Shown here: positions 1-9,433 of the stretch, piece after piece
Numbering within the stretch: the stretch's first letter is position 1
Layout of the letters: each line of letters starts with the position of its first letter
The notes under the pieces: generated by a model
Told to the model about the DNA's origin: nothing
Database searches by the model: none
Seen by the model: the letters and a program-made list of their open reading frames with translations, nothing else
Assembly: GCA_964220215.1 (NCBI GenBank)
Contig: CAXPTH010000027.1
Coordinates: 1 to 37,388, forward strand
Source of the DNA: Alteromonas sp.
GTDB taxonomy: Bacteria; Margulisbacteria; Marinamargulisbacteria; UBA6595
Direction: 5' to 3'
DNA: 37,388 nucleotides
Made by a program: the position numbers and the translations under genes

Positions 1-30
1 GCTATTTAAGAAACCCCCCCCACTCTAACA

Positions 31-720
31 TTGACCATTATTCCGGGAATGGCACTCCCAGAAATTGCACAGGCCTTGGCCACCGTGGACCCCCGAGACC
101 CTCAGCAATTTATTCACTATGTTCAAACCCAGGCCAAACATGATTTAGAGACCGAATTTCCGCTATTGAAACAAAACCCAACCACGACTTTAGAAGGATA
201 TTTATTTCCCGATACCTATTTTATTGAACCCGGCATGTCCGATGCGCAGTTGGTGCGCGTGTTTATCCAGCAGCTGCACCGCCAAGTATGGATGAAACAC
301 CCCTCCAGCCAGGCTAATTTTCACGCAACCCTAACCCTGGCTTCACTCATCGAAAAAGAAAGTCAAAACCCCGATGAATTTGCCAAGGTGTCTGCGGTGT
401 TTCACAACCGACTCAACCGAAATCAACGCTTGGAATCGTGCCCCACTGTTGCCTACGCACTGGGCAATTATCGCAAAAAAACACTAACGTTTAATGATTT
501 AACGGTTAAATCTCCGTACAATACCTACCGAGTCTTTGGCTTGCCCCCCACACCGATTGCCACCGTGAGTGCAGCGGCATTCTACGCGGCCATTCACCCG
601 GAGCCTAACTTTCCGTTTTATTATTTTGTTGCCGATGGAAACGGCAATCATATTTTTTCAAAAACCTATCAAACGCATTTGCGGCATCAGCACGCCCGAT
701 TGAAACAACGCGCATTATGA
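31..720 (+). CDS. mltG: Endolytic transglycosylase MltG (YceG family), C-terminal two-thirds only
   Basis: Motifs TIIPG, LEGYLFPDTY, LASLIEKE (catalytic Glu), VFHNRL, LESCPTV, SPYNTY, GLPPTPI, YYFVA. An in-frame TAA at 7-9 lies before a C8 tract (14-21), so the N-terminus is not in this frame. Confidence 0.88.
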   Translation: MTIIPGMALPEIAQALATVDPRDPQQFIHYVQTQAKHDLETEFPLLKQNPTTTLEGYLFPDTYFIEPGMSDAQLVRVFIQQLHRQVWMKHPSSQANFHATLTLASLIEKESQNPDEFAKVSAVFHNRLNRNQRLESCPTVAYALGNYRKKTLTFNDLTVKSPYNTYRVFGLPPTPIATVSAAAFYAAIHPEPNFPFYYFVADGNGNHIFSKTYQTHLRHQHARLKQRAL

Positions 721-2457
721 CAACAGGGCGTCTTGCTCATCACGCCATGCCTTGTAATCCCGAACCCACTGCGCAGCTTTCATCGCTTGTTTGTCTCGGC
801 GCCGTTCATTGTACGTCGCATTGGCCCGCGATTGAGCGACCCCTTTATTTAAAAATAGTCGCTTATCGGCTGTCAGTTGCTGAGTCATGGACTCATTCAT
901 GCGATAAAAATACCCTTGGTCAACAAACACCCGACGGTTACCCGAAATTGAAATCCCCGGATCATCCGGATTCGTCCAACCGGCTGATTCAACCGTATAC
1001 ACCGACTGATACGTCGAAAAATCGGTGTCTGACGAACCCTCGGCCAATTCCAGGGCCCGGTAGAGCGTTGCCACAGGAAACGCCTGCAGCCATTGCTGAT
1101 ACGCTGTATGAGCGTCATTGGAATCGCTCGCTTCCCCCATACTTTCAATAGACGTTTGCGATTGAGCATATAGCCCCGATGCGCTAATATCATCACCCGT
1201 TTGAGCTTGCAAATACCGAACAGCGCCGTCCATAATCTCCTGGATAACGGTGCGCAGCGGATTCCAAGCCATTAAACGCCGCTCAATACTATTTCGATCC
1301 AGCTGCGACAAACCAGTAACGGCCACGGCATTGGGGGTCCACGTTGAATTCTGATAGGTCCCATGCTGCCACTCAAACCCATCCGCCACTGGGGACACCC
1401 CCACCCACGTTGGGGCTTCGTCGTCATCAGCCGGCTGAGACTGAAACACCCAGGTTGTGACGCGTTCACTTGAATCTCGAATCACCGATTGTTGCCGATA
1501 GACCATCTCCGGATCGCCCAGGGTAATCGATAAATCATGGATCATAGCCCCCAACGGATCCGTATCAATGTCGCCCGCTAATTGCTGATCAAACACCAGT
1601 TGATCTTGGGGATTAAACGTGGATAAAATTGTCTGACGCGTTTTGGATTCACCCACCGCCGAATCCGACCCCCATTGATTAAATCCCTGGGTCGCCCATC
1701 CAAATAAATTTCGACGTCCCTGCAAAAATACGTGCTGACTGGTAGCCAACAATACCGCTAAGCCATAGAGCGACGCATCAGATAACGGATGATCCCCATT
1801 GGCCATACCCTGTGCATACGCCAGACTCTGTGACTCGGTTAACTGAAACAAATCCACCCCTGCGTCCTCCACAGACCCAATGGATGCCACCATATCTTGA
1901 ACAACCGAATCCGGAATTCGACCATCTAAAAATTGAGGCACCAACGTTCCCATGGAATCCCGCTGTATTTGGTTCAAATAGCGACCCGATACGCCCGGGC
2001 GACCAACCAATGACCAAATCAACTGACCAACACCATAATACGCATCATCCGAATCAATAACGCCATCGTCATTTAAATCCCCCCGATACACAGACGGGTT
2101 AATCGACTCGTCCAACATTCCAAGCTTGTTACTCACCGTCTGGCGCATGGACCAATAATAATCCCCATCGCGTTGTGGCAAACGACTGCGCTCCGCATAC
2201 TGTTCCGTTGACGATAAACTTTTAAAATAGCGGGCTTCATCCTGTGGTCGATCAAAAAACTTATTGAGCATGCCCAAAAACATCCGCGTATGCTGGAATG
2301 ACCCGTAGTTATCGGTATCCTGCCACGACCGAGTGTAATACGCATCCGCCAAATCTTTTGGTAAATCGGGCTGAGCCATATGAAAGGCTTTTCCATACAT
2401 CCCAATATCACTGTTTGGATTATATGGAAAGAATGATTTATCAAAATATGTTGCCAA
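715..2457 (-). CDS. Hypothetical 580-aa protein with one dockerin/EF-hand-like Ca2+-binding loop
   Basis: Long ORF; TTG start preceded by a strong GGGAGG SD; GDLNDDGVIDSDDA motif; no other family recognised. Confidence 0.8.
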   Translation of the reverse strand: MATYFDKSFFPYNPNSDIGMYGKAFHMAQPDLPKDLADAYYTRSWQDTDNYGSFQHTRMFLGMLNKFFDRPQDEARYFKSLSSTEQYAERSRLPQRDGDYYWSMRQTVSNKLGMLDESINPSVYRGDLNDDGVIDSDDAYYGVGQLIWSLVGRPGVSGRYLNQIQRDSMGTLVPQFLDGRIPDSVVQDMVASIGSVEDAGVDLFQLTESQSLAYAQGMANGDHPLSDASLYGLAVLLATSQHVFLQGRRNLFGWATQGFNQWGSDSAVGESKTRQTILSTFNPQDQLVFDQQLAGDIDTDPLGAMIHDLSITLGDPEMVYRQQSVIRDSSERVTTWVFQSQPADDDEAPTWVGVSPVADGFEWQHGTYQNSTWTPNAVAVTGLSQLDRNSIERRLMAWNPLRTVIQEIMDGAVRYLQAQTGDDISASGLYAQSQTSIESMGEASDSNDAHTAYQQWLQAFPVATLYRALELAEGSSDTDFSTYQSVYTVESAGWTNPDDPGISISGNRRVFVDQGYFYRMNESMTQQLTADKRLFLNKGVAQSRANATYNERRRDKQAMKAAQWVRDYKAWRDEQDALLS

Positions 2458-2577
2458 TAGACCCTCCCTACTCGTATCGCTCCTATTACCCCACAGCGAC
2501 TAAATCTGATACAATACGGTTAAGATTTATGCGCTGTCTCTATATTTTACTATCGAGATAAAATCAAAAAAAATTGT

Positions 2578-3177
2578 ATGGACAATAAAAAAGAATCAAA
2601 TCAAGCACGTTTCAAGTCAAAATTTCTAACCTGGGACGAATTTCGTCAGGCTAATTTTATTACTCAGCTTTTTTTATCCAAGGATCCCGATCTTGATACC
2701 GTCAGCCAGTTGCTAGACTGCCTGGACAGCTGCTCAGAAACGATTGCATTTCTGTTAATCAAAACACTGTTTGCCGATTTTTATACCTATCGCCAACAGC
2801 TACTACCCTACATTCAAAACGCCCAAAACCCCGAAACAATGCGGTTGTTAATGATTATGCATATGACAACGCCCAATCACTTAGACGAAGAGACTATTAC
2901 AGCCATTGTTAGCCTATACCTAGATCCCCACGATACCGCCATGGAACCCGTCGTTGAAGCGTTTGTAAGCCAATACCCTGAGTTAGCGTTGCCCAGCTTA
3001 ATTAGCTATGGTCTAAAGCCGCATACAGCCATTCGCAGTCAGTTATTGTTGCAAATTATTGGGCAATCAAAAATTAAAGCCATTCTTGGGGATATCAACC
3101 AATTCCCCACCCCCGTGATTGACTGCATTAAACAAATCCCGCTAAACCCGAGGCCCCCTAAGACGCCAGGGATTTAA
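2578..3177 (+). CDS. Hypothetical 199-aa protein, probably alpha-helical (possibly HEAT-like)
   Basis: ORF fills the gap; AT-rich upstream region with TACAAT/TAAAAT hexamers; Leu-rich amphipathic pattern. Confidence 0.7.
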   Translation: MDNKKESNQARFKSKFLTWDEFRQANFITQLFLSKDPDLDTVSQLLDCLDSCSETIAFLLIKTLFADFYTYRQQLLPYIQNAQNPETMRLLMIMHMTTPNHLDEETITAIVSLYLDPHDTAMEPVVEAFVSQYPELALPSLISYGLKPHTAIRSQLLLQIIGQSKIKAILGDINQFPTPVIDCIKQIPLNPRPPKTPGI

Positions 3178-3532
3178 TTGCCTCAGCCTCACTATCCACA
3201 ATAACGAACTTGGAGGCAAGCTGAGTAATCACCAAAACACGTTTAACGTCTTTGGTAACATTGCACAAAAAGAACGATCGTCCAATTCTTTGGGTCTTTC
3301 GATGCCCTTCAAACAACGCCCATAGCCCCGAGGAATCGATGTAGGTAATATTGGTCATGTCCAACAAAATATGAGGGGATTTTTGGTCTAAAACGGTTTC
3401 AATTAGTTCAACAAATTTGCCCTGGTTTTCAATGTCAAATTCAATACCATCCGACAAATCTGTGTCACCATCCGATGGAGAAAATTCGATTTTCAATATG
3501 TCAGACTCTAGCGTTTTTGTTGAAAGTTCCAT
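3158..3532 (-). CDS. STAS-domain anti-sigma-factor antagonist (RsbV/SpoIIAA-like)
   Basis: ILLDMTNITYIDSSGL with the phosphoacceptor Ser; VKRVLVITQL; C-terminal SEAEAI. Confidence 0.92.
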   Translation of the reverse strand: MELSTKTLESDILKIEFSPSDGDTDLSDGIEFDIENQGKFVELIETVLDQKSPHILLDMTNITYIDSSGLWALFEGHRKTQRIGRSFFLCNVTKDVKRVLVITQLASKFVIVDSEAEAIKSLAS

Positions 3533-3555
3533 GTATTTTTTGTTACCTTAAGTAC

Positions 3556-3564
3556 AGTATAACA
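3556..3564 (-). promoter_or_regulatory. Extended -10 promoter (TGTTATACT) for the STAS gene
   Basis: Minus strand reads TGT-TATACT, then TAAGGT (SD-like), then ATG at 3532, all within the 46-bp gap after the phosphatase gene. Confidence 0.5.
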
Positions 3565-3578
3565 CAAATCTATACCGT

Positions 3579-6563
3579 TCATTCTACTATAAATTTTGTC
3601 ATTGTCAATACACCCCCAAGCTCGGTTTGTAGAAACGAAACTTCGTCCATAAGTTGTTTAATTAAAAACACCCCTAAACCGGACCCTTCTAGGTGAATTA
3701 GGGGCGACGTCTGCACCGAATTCAAAAATGATGCATTCTTTTTCTTGGTGTCTTTCATAATAATGACCAAGCGATTGGGATAGTACTGCAAGGTGAAATA
3801 AATTTTTTCATCTTCTTTGCCGCCGTAGACATGTTCAAGAACATTGGCCTGCGCTTCATTAACCGCCAATTTAATATCAAACTGGCTGGATTTTGAAAAG
3901 GGCAATGATTTTAAAAACTGCGCAATATGATGCCGCGCCTCGCTAATACTTTTTTTATGGGTTTGCACAGAAAACGTTTTAGATTTTGTTAATTTCATTT
4001 CTGTTTTCGTATGAGACGATTTGCATGAAATTAATACAATGGTTAAATCATCATGCTGAGCCCGACCCGTTGAAAACGAGGATACGTGGTCATAAATCCG
4101 GTTAATTAATGCTTGTCCGGTTAAATGATCGTAGTGGCGAACGAGCTTTTTTAACCGACGATACCCATACGAGCGATTATCACTACTGCGAGCATCCACC
4201 AACCCATCGGTAAAGAAGCACACAATGTCATCGGGCTTTAATTGAATCTTTTTTTCGTTGTATACAATATCGGCATCCATACCCAATGGCGGGTCCTTGG
4301 CCTTTAGCATGTATTCTTTCTCTTGTGTAAACCAAATGGGGGGCTCATGACCTGCGTTTGAATACCAAAACTCACAGGTTTCCGTATTTAACACCCCATA
4401 AAAAACGGGAATGAATCGACTAAATAAACTTTCTTTCACCATAATATTATTCAACCGTTCAAATAACTGGCTGGGCTGCATATCGTGATGAATATTAATC
4501 TGCACCAAGGTCTTAAACATCACCATATACAGGGCTGCCGGCACGCCTTTGCCAATAATATCCGCAATCATAATGCCCACACACCCATTCCCCAACTCAA
4601 AAAAGTCATAGTAATCGCCACCAATCACAGCGGCTGGTTTAAACATAGCGCCAAATTGAATGTGCGGGGACTCTGGAACTTTTGCCGGCAACAATTGCTT
4701 TTGAATTGAAAAGGCCACTTGAATCTCTTGATCCAACTTTTGATTGGATAACGTGTCTTCAATTAATTGTGCATTTTGGATCGCGGCCGCACTCAACGCC
4801 GTAATCGTCGATAATGTATCAATGTCACTCTGTATAAGCTGCTTAGACTCTGGTTTTGACTTTTGGACCACGTGCAAAATCCCAATTAACTTATCTTGCA
4901 ATTTAATTGGGATACATACGTAGCTATCCACCAACACTTTAGTCTTTTGATTCAACAAGGCATCGCTATGATAATTTTTAATCGCCAATAACGTCTGTGT
5001 TTCAACCACATGCTGAGATAACGTTTGCCCCGATACGAATCGATATTGACGTCTGATCTTATCCGGAAAATTTTCATGAACACGGGTCACAAATGCCGTG
5101 CCTTGCTTCAATTGAATACACCCCATATCGGCATGCCCAATTGACAACAACAGCTGCAACAAAACGGATAACAACCGATCCAAATCCGTAATCGAATTCA
5201 AAATTTTAGTCACCTGCTCAATAATCGACAACCGCTGCTCATTCACCCGTTGAATGTGGGCCACCTTAGTAATATTTCGCAACACAATAACCGTCCCAAT
5301 CGGGCGCTTATCCACCCCACACACCGGGGCAATATTCGCCGATAACACCAGCTCGTTCGCATTCAGCTCAATATCGGTGAACGCTTTTTGCTCAATAATG
5401 GACTGAACCAACAAATCCATTATCCCTAAATCGCTTAATTTATCCAAAATCGCATTGGATGACACGTCCGTACTAATCTGCAAAAATTGCTTTGCCGCAC
5501 GGTTAACAATATCGATCTCATGATGTTCATCCAACATAATCATGCCTTCGGTCATGGAGCCGATCATGGACGATATTTTTGTTTTTTCAGACGCACGAAT
5601 AAATTTCATGCGCCATAAATGCGTTGAAATTTGGTTGCTAATCGTATGCAAAAACGTATAATCGGATTGCGTATAGGCTTGATGCCGATGCGTCCCCAAA
5701 TACACAAGCCCCATAAATTGCCCGCGAAAAATCAAGGGCACATTGACCACCGAATTGAGTTGTTTAATTGTACTTAATTCTTCAGAGACATTATACCCAA
5801 TTTGCCGAATAATATTGGCTGATCGCGCATCCACAATGCGCCCCAAAAATGGCAAACTGTGCTTGAGCACCTCATCGCGCACATGTTCAACCAATTGATT
5901 GTCAGCCGGACTATTTAAATAAAAGACCACTTTACTGGCTGCATTGGACGTAACCCCGAGCAAAAATACGCAAAAGAGATCCATGTCCAACACTTTTCTT
6001 AAGGCCTCAAACATAATGGAAACCGCCTGTGAATGCGTCAAGGACTGACCCAATTCATACGATATTTCATGCAACACCGACATGACAACATAATCACTGG
6101 ATTCTGGCTTGTCCTGCGATTGATCCTCCAGCTGTCGGCGCAACACCACCGGCAACACCTTGGCGGCCAACCATTCGACTGCCTCGGCTACCGCCGGATC
6201 GCACACTCCCGCATGCCCCACCGCAATCACACCCATGCACGCATGCCGCAACGTCCGCAATACAAAATACTGCGTGTTATGCGCCGGGGGATCCTCCAAC
6301 TCAATGGGACTGGATAATTGATCAACCCCCCAATTCAACTGCCCCACTTTTGTTCGTAAAGCCGTATAGAGCGAAACAGACACCAGTGGGTCCGCATCCA
6401 CGACTTTGGCCACCACCTGCGCATTGTCCGGTTCAAGAATAAGACTATGCACCCGATACGTTGCATCAATGGCTGTGATCCGCTCAACAAATGCATTGAG
6501 TATTGTTAAAACATAACTGGCAATTGATGACTCTTCACAATACTGTTGAACCGTCACCGCCAT
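3579..6563 (-). CDS. Multidomain RsbU/SpoIIE-family PP2C phosphatase: GAF-PAS-GAF-PP2C plus a C-terminal RsbW-like HATPase
   Basis: GAF (VPLIFRGQFMGLVYL; IPIKLQDKLIGILHV); PAS (SMTEGMIMLD..VNRAA..GTVIVLRNIT); PP2C (IGGDYYD, ADIIGKG, NAGH, FTDGL, DDLT); HATPase (LAVNEAQANVLEH, GSGLGVFLIKQLMDEV). Confidence 0.92.
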   Translation of the reverse strand: MAVTVQQYCEESSIASYVLTILNAFVERITAIDATYRVHSLILEPDNAQVVAKVVDADPLVSVSLYTALRTKVGQLNWGVDQLSSPIELEDPPAHNTQYFVLRTLRHACMGVIAVGHAGVCDPAVAEAVEWLAAKVLPVVLRRQLEDQSQDKPESSDYVVMSVLHEISYELGQSLTHSQAVSIMFEALRKVLDMDLFCVFLLGVTSNAASKVVFYLNSPADNQLVEHVRDEVLKHSLPFLGRIVDARSANIIRQIGYNVSEELSTIKQLNSVVNVPLIFRGQFMGLVYLGTHRHQAYTQSDYTFLHTISNQISTHLWRMKFIRASEKTKISSMIGSMTEGMIMLDEHHEIDIVNRAAKQFLQISTDVSSNAILDKLSDLGIMDLLVQSIIEQKAFTDIELNANELVLSANIAPVCGVDKRPIGTVIVLRNITKVAHIQRVNEQRLSIIEQVTKILNSITDLDRLLSVLLQLLLSIGHADMGCIQLKQGTAFVTRVHENFPDKIRRQYRFVSGQTLSQHVVETQTLLAIKNYHSDALLNQKTKVLVDSYVCIPIKLQDKLIGILHVVQKSKPESKQLIQSDIDTLSTITALSAAAIQNAQLIEDTLSNQKLDQEIQVAFSIQKQLLPAKVPESPHIQFGAMFKPAAVIGGDYYDFFELGNGCVGIMIADIIGKGVPAALYMVMFKTLVQINIHHDMQPSQLFERLNNIMVKESLFSRFIPVFYGVLNTETCEFWYSNAGHEPPIWFTQEKEYMLKAKDPPLGMDADIVYNEKKIQLKPDDIVCFFTDGLVDARSSDNRSYGYRRLKKLVRHYDHLTGQALINRIYDHVSSFSTGRAQHDDLTIVLISCKSSHTKTEMKLTKSKTFSVQTHKKSISEARHHIAQFLKSLPFSKSSQFDIKLAVNEAQANVLEHVYGGKEDEKIYFTLQYYPNRLVIIMKDTKKKNASFLNSVQTSPLIHLEGSGLGVFLIKQLMDEVSFLQTELGGVLTMTKFIVE

Positions 6564-6575
6564 CGCACTAGGCCG

Positions 6576-6965
6576 TCATAAAAACGCTTGAATCTGTCTC
6601 GCTAAATCCGCCAATGCTTCGGGGATTCCAGGTCGAGCGTTCGCAAACGATAAATCCCCAGTTCCTTGAATGGGTACCAAATGAATATGCGCATGGGGCA
6701 CGTCCAACCCGGCCACCAGCACCCCCACTCGGTTGCAAGGCACCGCCTGCTCAATGGCCCGTGCCAAGCGCTGGGCAACGGTCATGCTGGCGTGCAACAC
6801 GGGTTCTGGCAAGTCAAAAAATCGATCAACTTCCACCCGTGGGACTAACAAGGTATGCCCACGCTGTATTGGATTAATGTCTAGAAAGGCCACAAACTGG
6901 TCATCATCATACACCCGATAACTGGGGAGGTCACCCGCAATAATTTTTGAAAATAATGATGTCAT
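6576..6965 (-). CDS. HIT-family (histidine triad) nucleotide hydrolase
   Basis: FSKII, AFLDINP, GHTLLVP and the HAHIHLVP histidine triad. Confidence 0.95.
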   Translation of the reverse strand: MTSLFSKIIAGDLPSYRVYDDDQFVAFLDINPIQRGHTLLVPRVEVDRFFDLPEPVLHASMTVAQRLARAIEQAVPCNRVGVLVAGLDVPHAHIHLVPIQGTGDLSFANARPGIPEALADLARQIQAFL

Positions 6966-6994
6966 AATTTGGAAGTGTGTTACAGTATATTAGT

Positions 6995-7936
6995 ATGGCA
7001 TTATTTGTATTGGTTTTCAAATTAATTGCCCCAATATTTATCATTGTATTTTTGGGGGCTTTCTTGCGCTACCGGGGCATGCTCACGGATCGGTTTGTCA
7101 CAACCGCATCCCAGCTAACCTTCCAAACAGCACTCCCCGCTCTGGTTTTTTTAAAGATAGCCAAAGCCCCCCTGCATGAGTTGGCCACCTTCAATTTAGT
7201 CTGGGCGGCATTGCTGGCCTTGGCCCTGTACAGTTTGGGGCTCGTTCTTCTCAGTCACTATTACCGGCCCAATCAAGCCGTTTTTATTCAGGCGGGGTTT
7301 CGGAGCAATTTTGGTATTATTGGCTTAAGCATTGCCTGGCTGTTATGGGGCAACATCGGCCTTAGCCAAGCGGCCTTGCTGCTGGCGTTTATCAGCCCTC
7401 TATACAATGTGGGCAGCATTGTGGTGTTTAACTACTACAATCCCCAAACCAATGGACCAAGTTATTGGCAATCGTTTGTAAAAACACCCATGCTGTGGGG
7501 GGCCTTGTTGGGCATTGCTTTTGCGTATTACAACTGGGGGATTTCGCCCGTCGCCGAACAAACCTTGCAATACCTTGGCGCCTTGGCCTTGCCATTGGCC
7601 TTAATTGGCATTGGAGCCACCTGCACCAAAGAAACGATTTTATCCCTCTCTTGGGTGCATGCTGTGGTGTGTGGGCTTAAGCTAATCATTGCACCGGCAT
7701 TGGCTGTTGGCATTGGCCTTGCTCTGGGGCTTTCGGGACTGGATCTTGGGGTTTTATTTCTGCTCATGGCAACTCCCACCGCAGTCGCTAGCTTTATTGT
7801 CGCACAGAGCTTGAATGGGGATGTTAAACTCGCTAGTAGCCTCGTGGTCATGACCACGATTTTGTCCAGCATTACCTTGCCCATTGGCATTACCCTACTG
7901 GTTTACGGGGGCTGGATCAGCTTGCCTGGCTTTTAA
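6995..7936 (+). CDS. AEC (auxin efflux carrier)/malate-permease-family transporter
   Basis: About 10 TM segments; ALPALVF, FRSNFGIIG, LPLALIGIG, KLIIAP, ATPTA. ATG 6995 preferred over GTG 6977. Confidence 0.9.
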   Translation: MALFVLVFKLIAPIFIIVFLGAFLRYRGMLTDRFVTTASQLTFQTALPALVFLKIAKAPLHELATFNLVWAALLALALYSLGLVLLSHYYRPNQAVFIQAGFRSNFGIIGLSIAWLLWGNIGLSQAALLLAFISPLYNVGSIVVFNYYNPQTNGPSYWQSFVKTPMLWGALLGIAFAYYNWGISPVAEQTLQYLGALALPLALIGIGATCTKETILSLSWVHAVVCGLKLIIAPALAVGIGLALGLSGLDLGVLFLLMATPTAVASFIVAQSLNGDVKLASSLVVMTTILSSITLPIGITLLVYGGWISLPGF

Positions 7937-9433
7937 ACCAATCGCATAATATTTATACTGAGCCTTAAGACCCCAATACTGACTCAACACTGATTTATTT
8001 ATATCCGGTATATTATCAAACCCCGTCGCATGCATTGTGTGCTGAGGAAATGCCTGCTGGATCTGATGTAAAACTCGATTATTGTCGACACGCAATGGCA
8101 TATCGTGCACAAGAAAATAATCGCGAGTATGATCAATCCCACTGGCCACTCGATCCGGAAAATGTCGCAAGTATAAATACTGTATGGGGGATGCAAAACT
8201 GGCATCATGATCTGAAATAAGCGCAGTAGAGCCAACAAAACTAATGATGCATTGGGTTGAACGGGGTTGTTGACGAATTTGCGATACAATCTCATCATGG
8301 GGGATGAACAAAATTGGCTGAATAAACCAAGTTTTTTGGACATTGCACACCAAGACAACGGCGTTGATCATCAGCCACCCCATGATGAAATATGAAGGCA
8401 CACGAACTTTAATCAGACTATACACAAACAAATAAACTATTGGCATTAAAAATCGGGGTGTGCTTTGAATGGCATACGGATAGAAAAATGTTGTAAAAAA
8501 AACAGTCACAAAAAACAGCACGCCAACACAATACATAGAAAAACGAACCGTTTCATCCGCACTGGCTGTTGCCTGACGACAGACAAAAACAACCAACGCC
8601 CCAACAAATACAGCGGCCACAAGCGACCCAATTGGGTGCAAAAACTCACCCACCACGGCAGCATACGGCAGATACAAAATTCTGATTATTAATTGTTTAA
8701 CAATCGAGTAATCAAATTGAACCAATTGCGTAGAAAACTGGTTGGATTTTAAGGCAAGTACCGGAATCGCTCCAATCAAATTAATCCCAACTCCTACACT
8801 GAATTGACGCCAATCTGGCCATCGCTTTCGCATTAACAATCGTCCAGCTACACTAGTCACAAACAGCAAATAACCCATATAACTACTGTTTAATAAAACA
8901 ACACCACTCACACACCCAACGACCACGTACTGCCATTGCCCCGTTTTTTCCCATCGATAATAAGCATAAAGACTCACCATCACCCATAGCGATGCAAATG
9001 AATAATAACGAACTTGTTTCGCATACATAAAAAAATAAGACGAAACAGTACAGACGCCAATAAAGGCCAAGCGTTGGGATAGCGATGAAAACCCACGCAT
9101 GGCTACCCCCCCAACCACAACAAAATGACAGGCAATGGGCAGAACATTAAACCACCAATCGTATACAATCGATTCAGGCATCACCTTGCGCCAGATATTG
9201 GTCACCCAATAATGGCCAACCGGATGCCCCGGATCTGGCTGTTGAAAATACTGTTTAAGCATTTCACCTAAGGGTTTTTTAGCATAAAAAATAGTAAATA
9301 ATTCATCGCCCCAATAGGTAAACGTCTGACTCATTGCCATATAAGCAAAAAACCCGAACACACAGGCCAATAGGGGCAAAATCTTTCCTATACGCGTTAC
9401 ATCCAGCCGATTTAATCGGGTCGCCAACGCCAT
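7895..9433 (-). CDS. GT-C-fold membrane glycosyltransferase (PMT/ArnT-like, GT39/83-type)
   Basis: TM1 followed by WGDE; HPVGHY; VRYYS; multiple TMs and a soluble C-terminal domain; TAATG-coupled to hflX. Confidence 0.72.
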   Translation of the reverse strand: MALATRLNRLDVTRIGKILPLLACVFGFFAYMAMSQTFTYWGDELFTIFYAKKPLGEMLKQYFQQPDPGHPVGHYWVTNIWRKVMPESIVYDWWFNVLPIACHFVVVGGVAMRGFSSLSQRLAFIGVCTVSSYFFMYAKQVRYYSFASLWVMVSLYAYYRWEKTGQWQYVVVGCVSGVVLLNSSYMGYLLFVTSVAGRLLMRKRWPDWRQFSVGVGINLIGAIPVLALKSNQFSTQLVQFDYSIVKQLIIRILYLPYAAVVGEFLHPIGSLVAAVFVGALVVFVCRQATASADETVRFSMYCVGVLFFVTVFFTTFFYPYAIQSTPRFLMPIVYLFVYSLIKVRVPSYFIMGWLMINAVVLVCNVQKTWFIQPILFIPHDEIVSQIRQQPRSTQCIISFVGSTALISDHDASFASPIQYLYLRHFPDRVASGIDHTRDYFLVHDMPLRVDNNRVLHQIQQAFPQHTMHATGFDNIPDINKSVLSQYWGLKAQYKYYAIGLKARQADPAPVNQ

